From UHGV virus genome UHGV-0142489: a DNA stretch of 16,164 bases. One strand, 5' to 3'. The notes below the pieces were generated by a model. It had not been told where the DNA came from. It ran no database searches and was given only the letters and a program-made list of their open reading frames with translations. A program made the position numbers and the translations under genes. This stretch comes from a virus. Shown piece after piece: positions 14,925-16,164 of this stretch. Each line of letters starts with the position of its first letter. Within the stretch, counting starts at the first letter, position 1.

Positions 14925-15368
14925 TTAGCCGGTCACTTTAGAGCGGGTCGGGTACAGGGTATTCGCATCAACGTCCAGGTTGATACCGGAGGTGAACGCG
15001 CCAGCAGTCAGCGGGCCGGTGGCTACGGAGTAGTTCACACGCAGATAGCGCTGAACGCCCGCCGGTACCTTCGCCGACACAACGCGCTTACCAGCTTTAA
15101 GCGCTGCCAGAGCCAGGGGGCCGCTGTCATAAATGGTCGTCCAGGTGCTGTTGTCAGGACTGGTCTGCAACTGCACGTTGACGGTAGCGGCGCCAGCAGC
15201 GGTAGCCGTGGTGTTAACGAGAGCCCAGAACTCCAGCGGATAACCAACGCCGATATCACGGCGGGTGCCGTCGACAGGCGCCAGGTCAATCACATCGGTA
15301 GAAGCAGCAGTAGCCGTAACCGCCTGCGCTTCGGAGAACATCAACAGTTTGTCGAGGATCATCTTCAT
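14925..15368 (-). CDS. Small beta-rich virion protein, 147 aa (possible capsid decoration / cement protein)
   Basis: Directly downstream of the capsid gene. Thr/Ala/Val/Gly-rich composition typical of beta-sandwich head accessory proteins. GGAG lies only 2 nt from the ATG at 15368, so the ATG at 15362 may be the real start. Confidence 0.65.
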   Translation of the reverse strand: MKMILDKLLMFSEAQAVTATAASTDVIDLAPVDGTRRDIGVGYPLEFWALVNTTATAAGAATVNVQLQTSPDNSTWTTIYDSGPLALAALKAGKRVVSAKVPAGVQRYLRVNYSVATGPLTAGAFTSGINLDVDANTLYPTRSKVTG

Positions 15369-15415
15369 TTCTCCATTTAGCAGCCCGTTACCGGGCCGCT
15401 GGTTATAGTCAGGGG

Positions 15416-16164
15416 TTAAACCACGCGAGCTTCAGTTTCCAGAAGCGCATCGGTTTCGCGAATCGGAACGCCGCGGAAACTGGTCCACCAATCGCCTTCA
15501 GTCTCTTTGACGCTAATCGCCAGAGAGGATTTCTCCAGAGATTGCAGATCAAGAGCCTGGGCAACAGTGCGGTTCATGTAGAACACCGGGCGCCCCATGC
15601 CACGGTTAGGGATGCGATGCAGCGCTTTCACCATGAGCTTGGCGATGTTTGCTGCCGCAGCAGGATCGGACAGGTCGCTGATATCGATGTTCGCGATGCG
15701 GACAACGTAGCGCCAGTCGCGCAGGCACAGGCCGTTATCCCACTTATAGTGGGTGCGGTAGCCTTCATACTGGCCGCCGCTGGCATCTTTCAGAGTCTGC
15801 TGGCCTTTATCTTCCATCTGCAGACCTGCTTTCTGGCCTTTCGGGAAGATACCGTGAACGGTGTTTTCGCCCCATACAATGAGCCAGATTGAAGTGTTAT
15901 CGGTGCCAGTACCGCCGGCGTCGATAATGTTTTGCGCGTTGGTAGCCGTCAGGTCGGAGTAGCGAGAAGACAGGCCCATGAACTGCTGCGGGTTAACGCT
16001 GGAGTCGCCATAAAAAAGCGTTTGAGCCATCTGCTGATTCATCGCCTCGAGGAAAGCGCGATCTTCTGACAGCCGAAATTCAGCGGTATTTCCGTTCAGA
16101 TCTGCCAGAGATTTATCAATCTCCGCATAGGTTTCCAGCATGCCAATGCCATCGGTAACCTGCA
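15416..16164 (-). CDS. Probable major capsid protein, C-terminal ~249 aa (5' end lies beyond the window)
   Basis: The open frame runs to the window edge without a credible start; the M at 16141 in the track is internal. It is the first gene of the head-tail block and has a composition consistent with an HK97-fold coat protein. The call rests on position and general character only. Confidence 0.6.
   Translation of the reverse strand, partial: QVTDGIGMLETYAEIDKSLADLNGNTAEFRLSEDRAFLEAMNQQMAQTLFYGDSSVNPQQFMGLSSRYSDLTATNAQNIIDAGGTGTDNTSIWLIVWGENTVHGIFPKGQKAGLQMEDKGQQTLKDASGGQYEGYRTHYKWDNGLCLRDWRYVVRIANIDISDLSDPAAAANIAKLMVKALHRIPNRGMGRPVFYMNRTVAQALDLQSLEKSSLAISVKETEGDWWTSFRGVPIRETDALLETEARVV

Noticed and set aside
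1-16164. CRISPR arrays, tandem repeats, IS elements, tRNA or rRNA genes
   Set aside because: I found no regularly spaced direct repeats, no transposase-like ORF with flanking inverted repeats, and no cloverleaf-compatible 70-90 nt segment. This was visual inspection only; a dot-plot and tRNAscan/Infernal would be needed to be certain.

Overview
The window reads as a fragment of a tailed-phage genome or prophage in an enterobacterial-type background (about 50-55% GC). From 16164 down to 2824 the minus strand carries one tightly packed virion operon: the C-terminal part of a probable major capsid gene (cut by the window edge), three small head-associated genes, a T7-type tail tubular protein A/B pair, five internal virion (ejection/core) protein genes including three large ones (837, 600 and 824 aa), and two small membrane-protein genes, ending at a strong intrinsic terminator (2789-2815). 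Converging on it from the plus strand is an accessory region: a Bro-N domain (antirepressor-family) gene, a small gene with a very strong Shine-Dalgarno, and an AT-rich two-gene cassette (1321-2713) encoding membrane-anchored proteins with no motif I recognise. That cassette is the best candidate for an undescribed accessory system (defence, superinfection exclusion or similar). No rRNA, tRNA, CRISPR array, integrase or transposase was recognised. All product calls rest on gene order, size, composition and remembered family signatures; no database search or structure prediction was possible.
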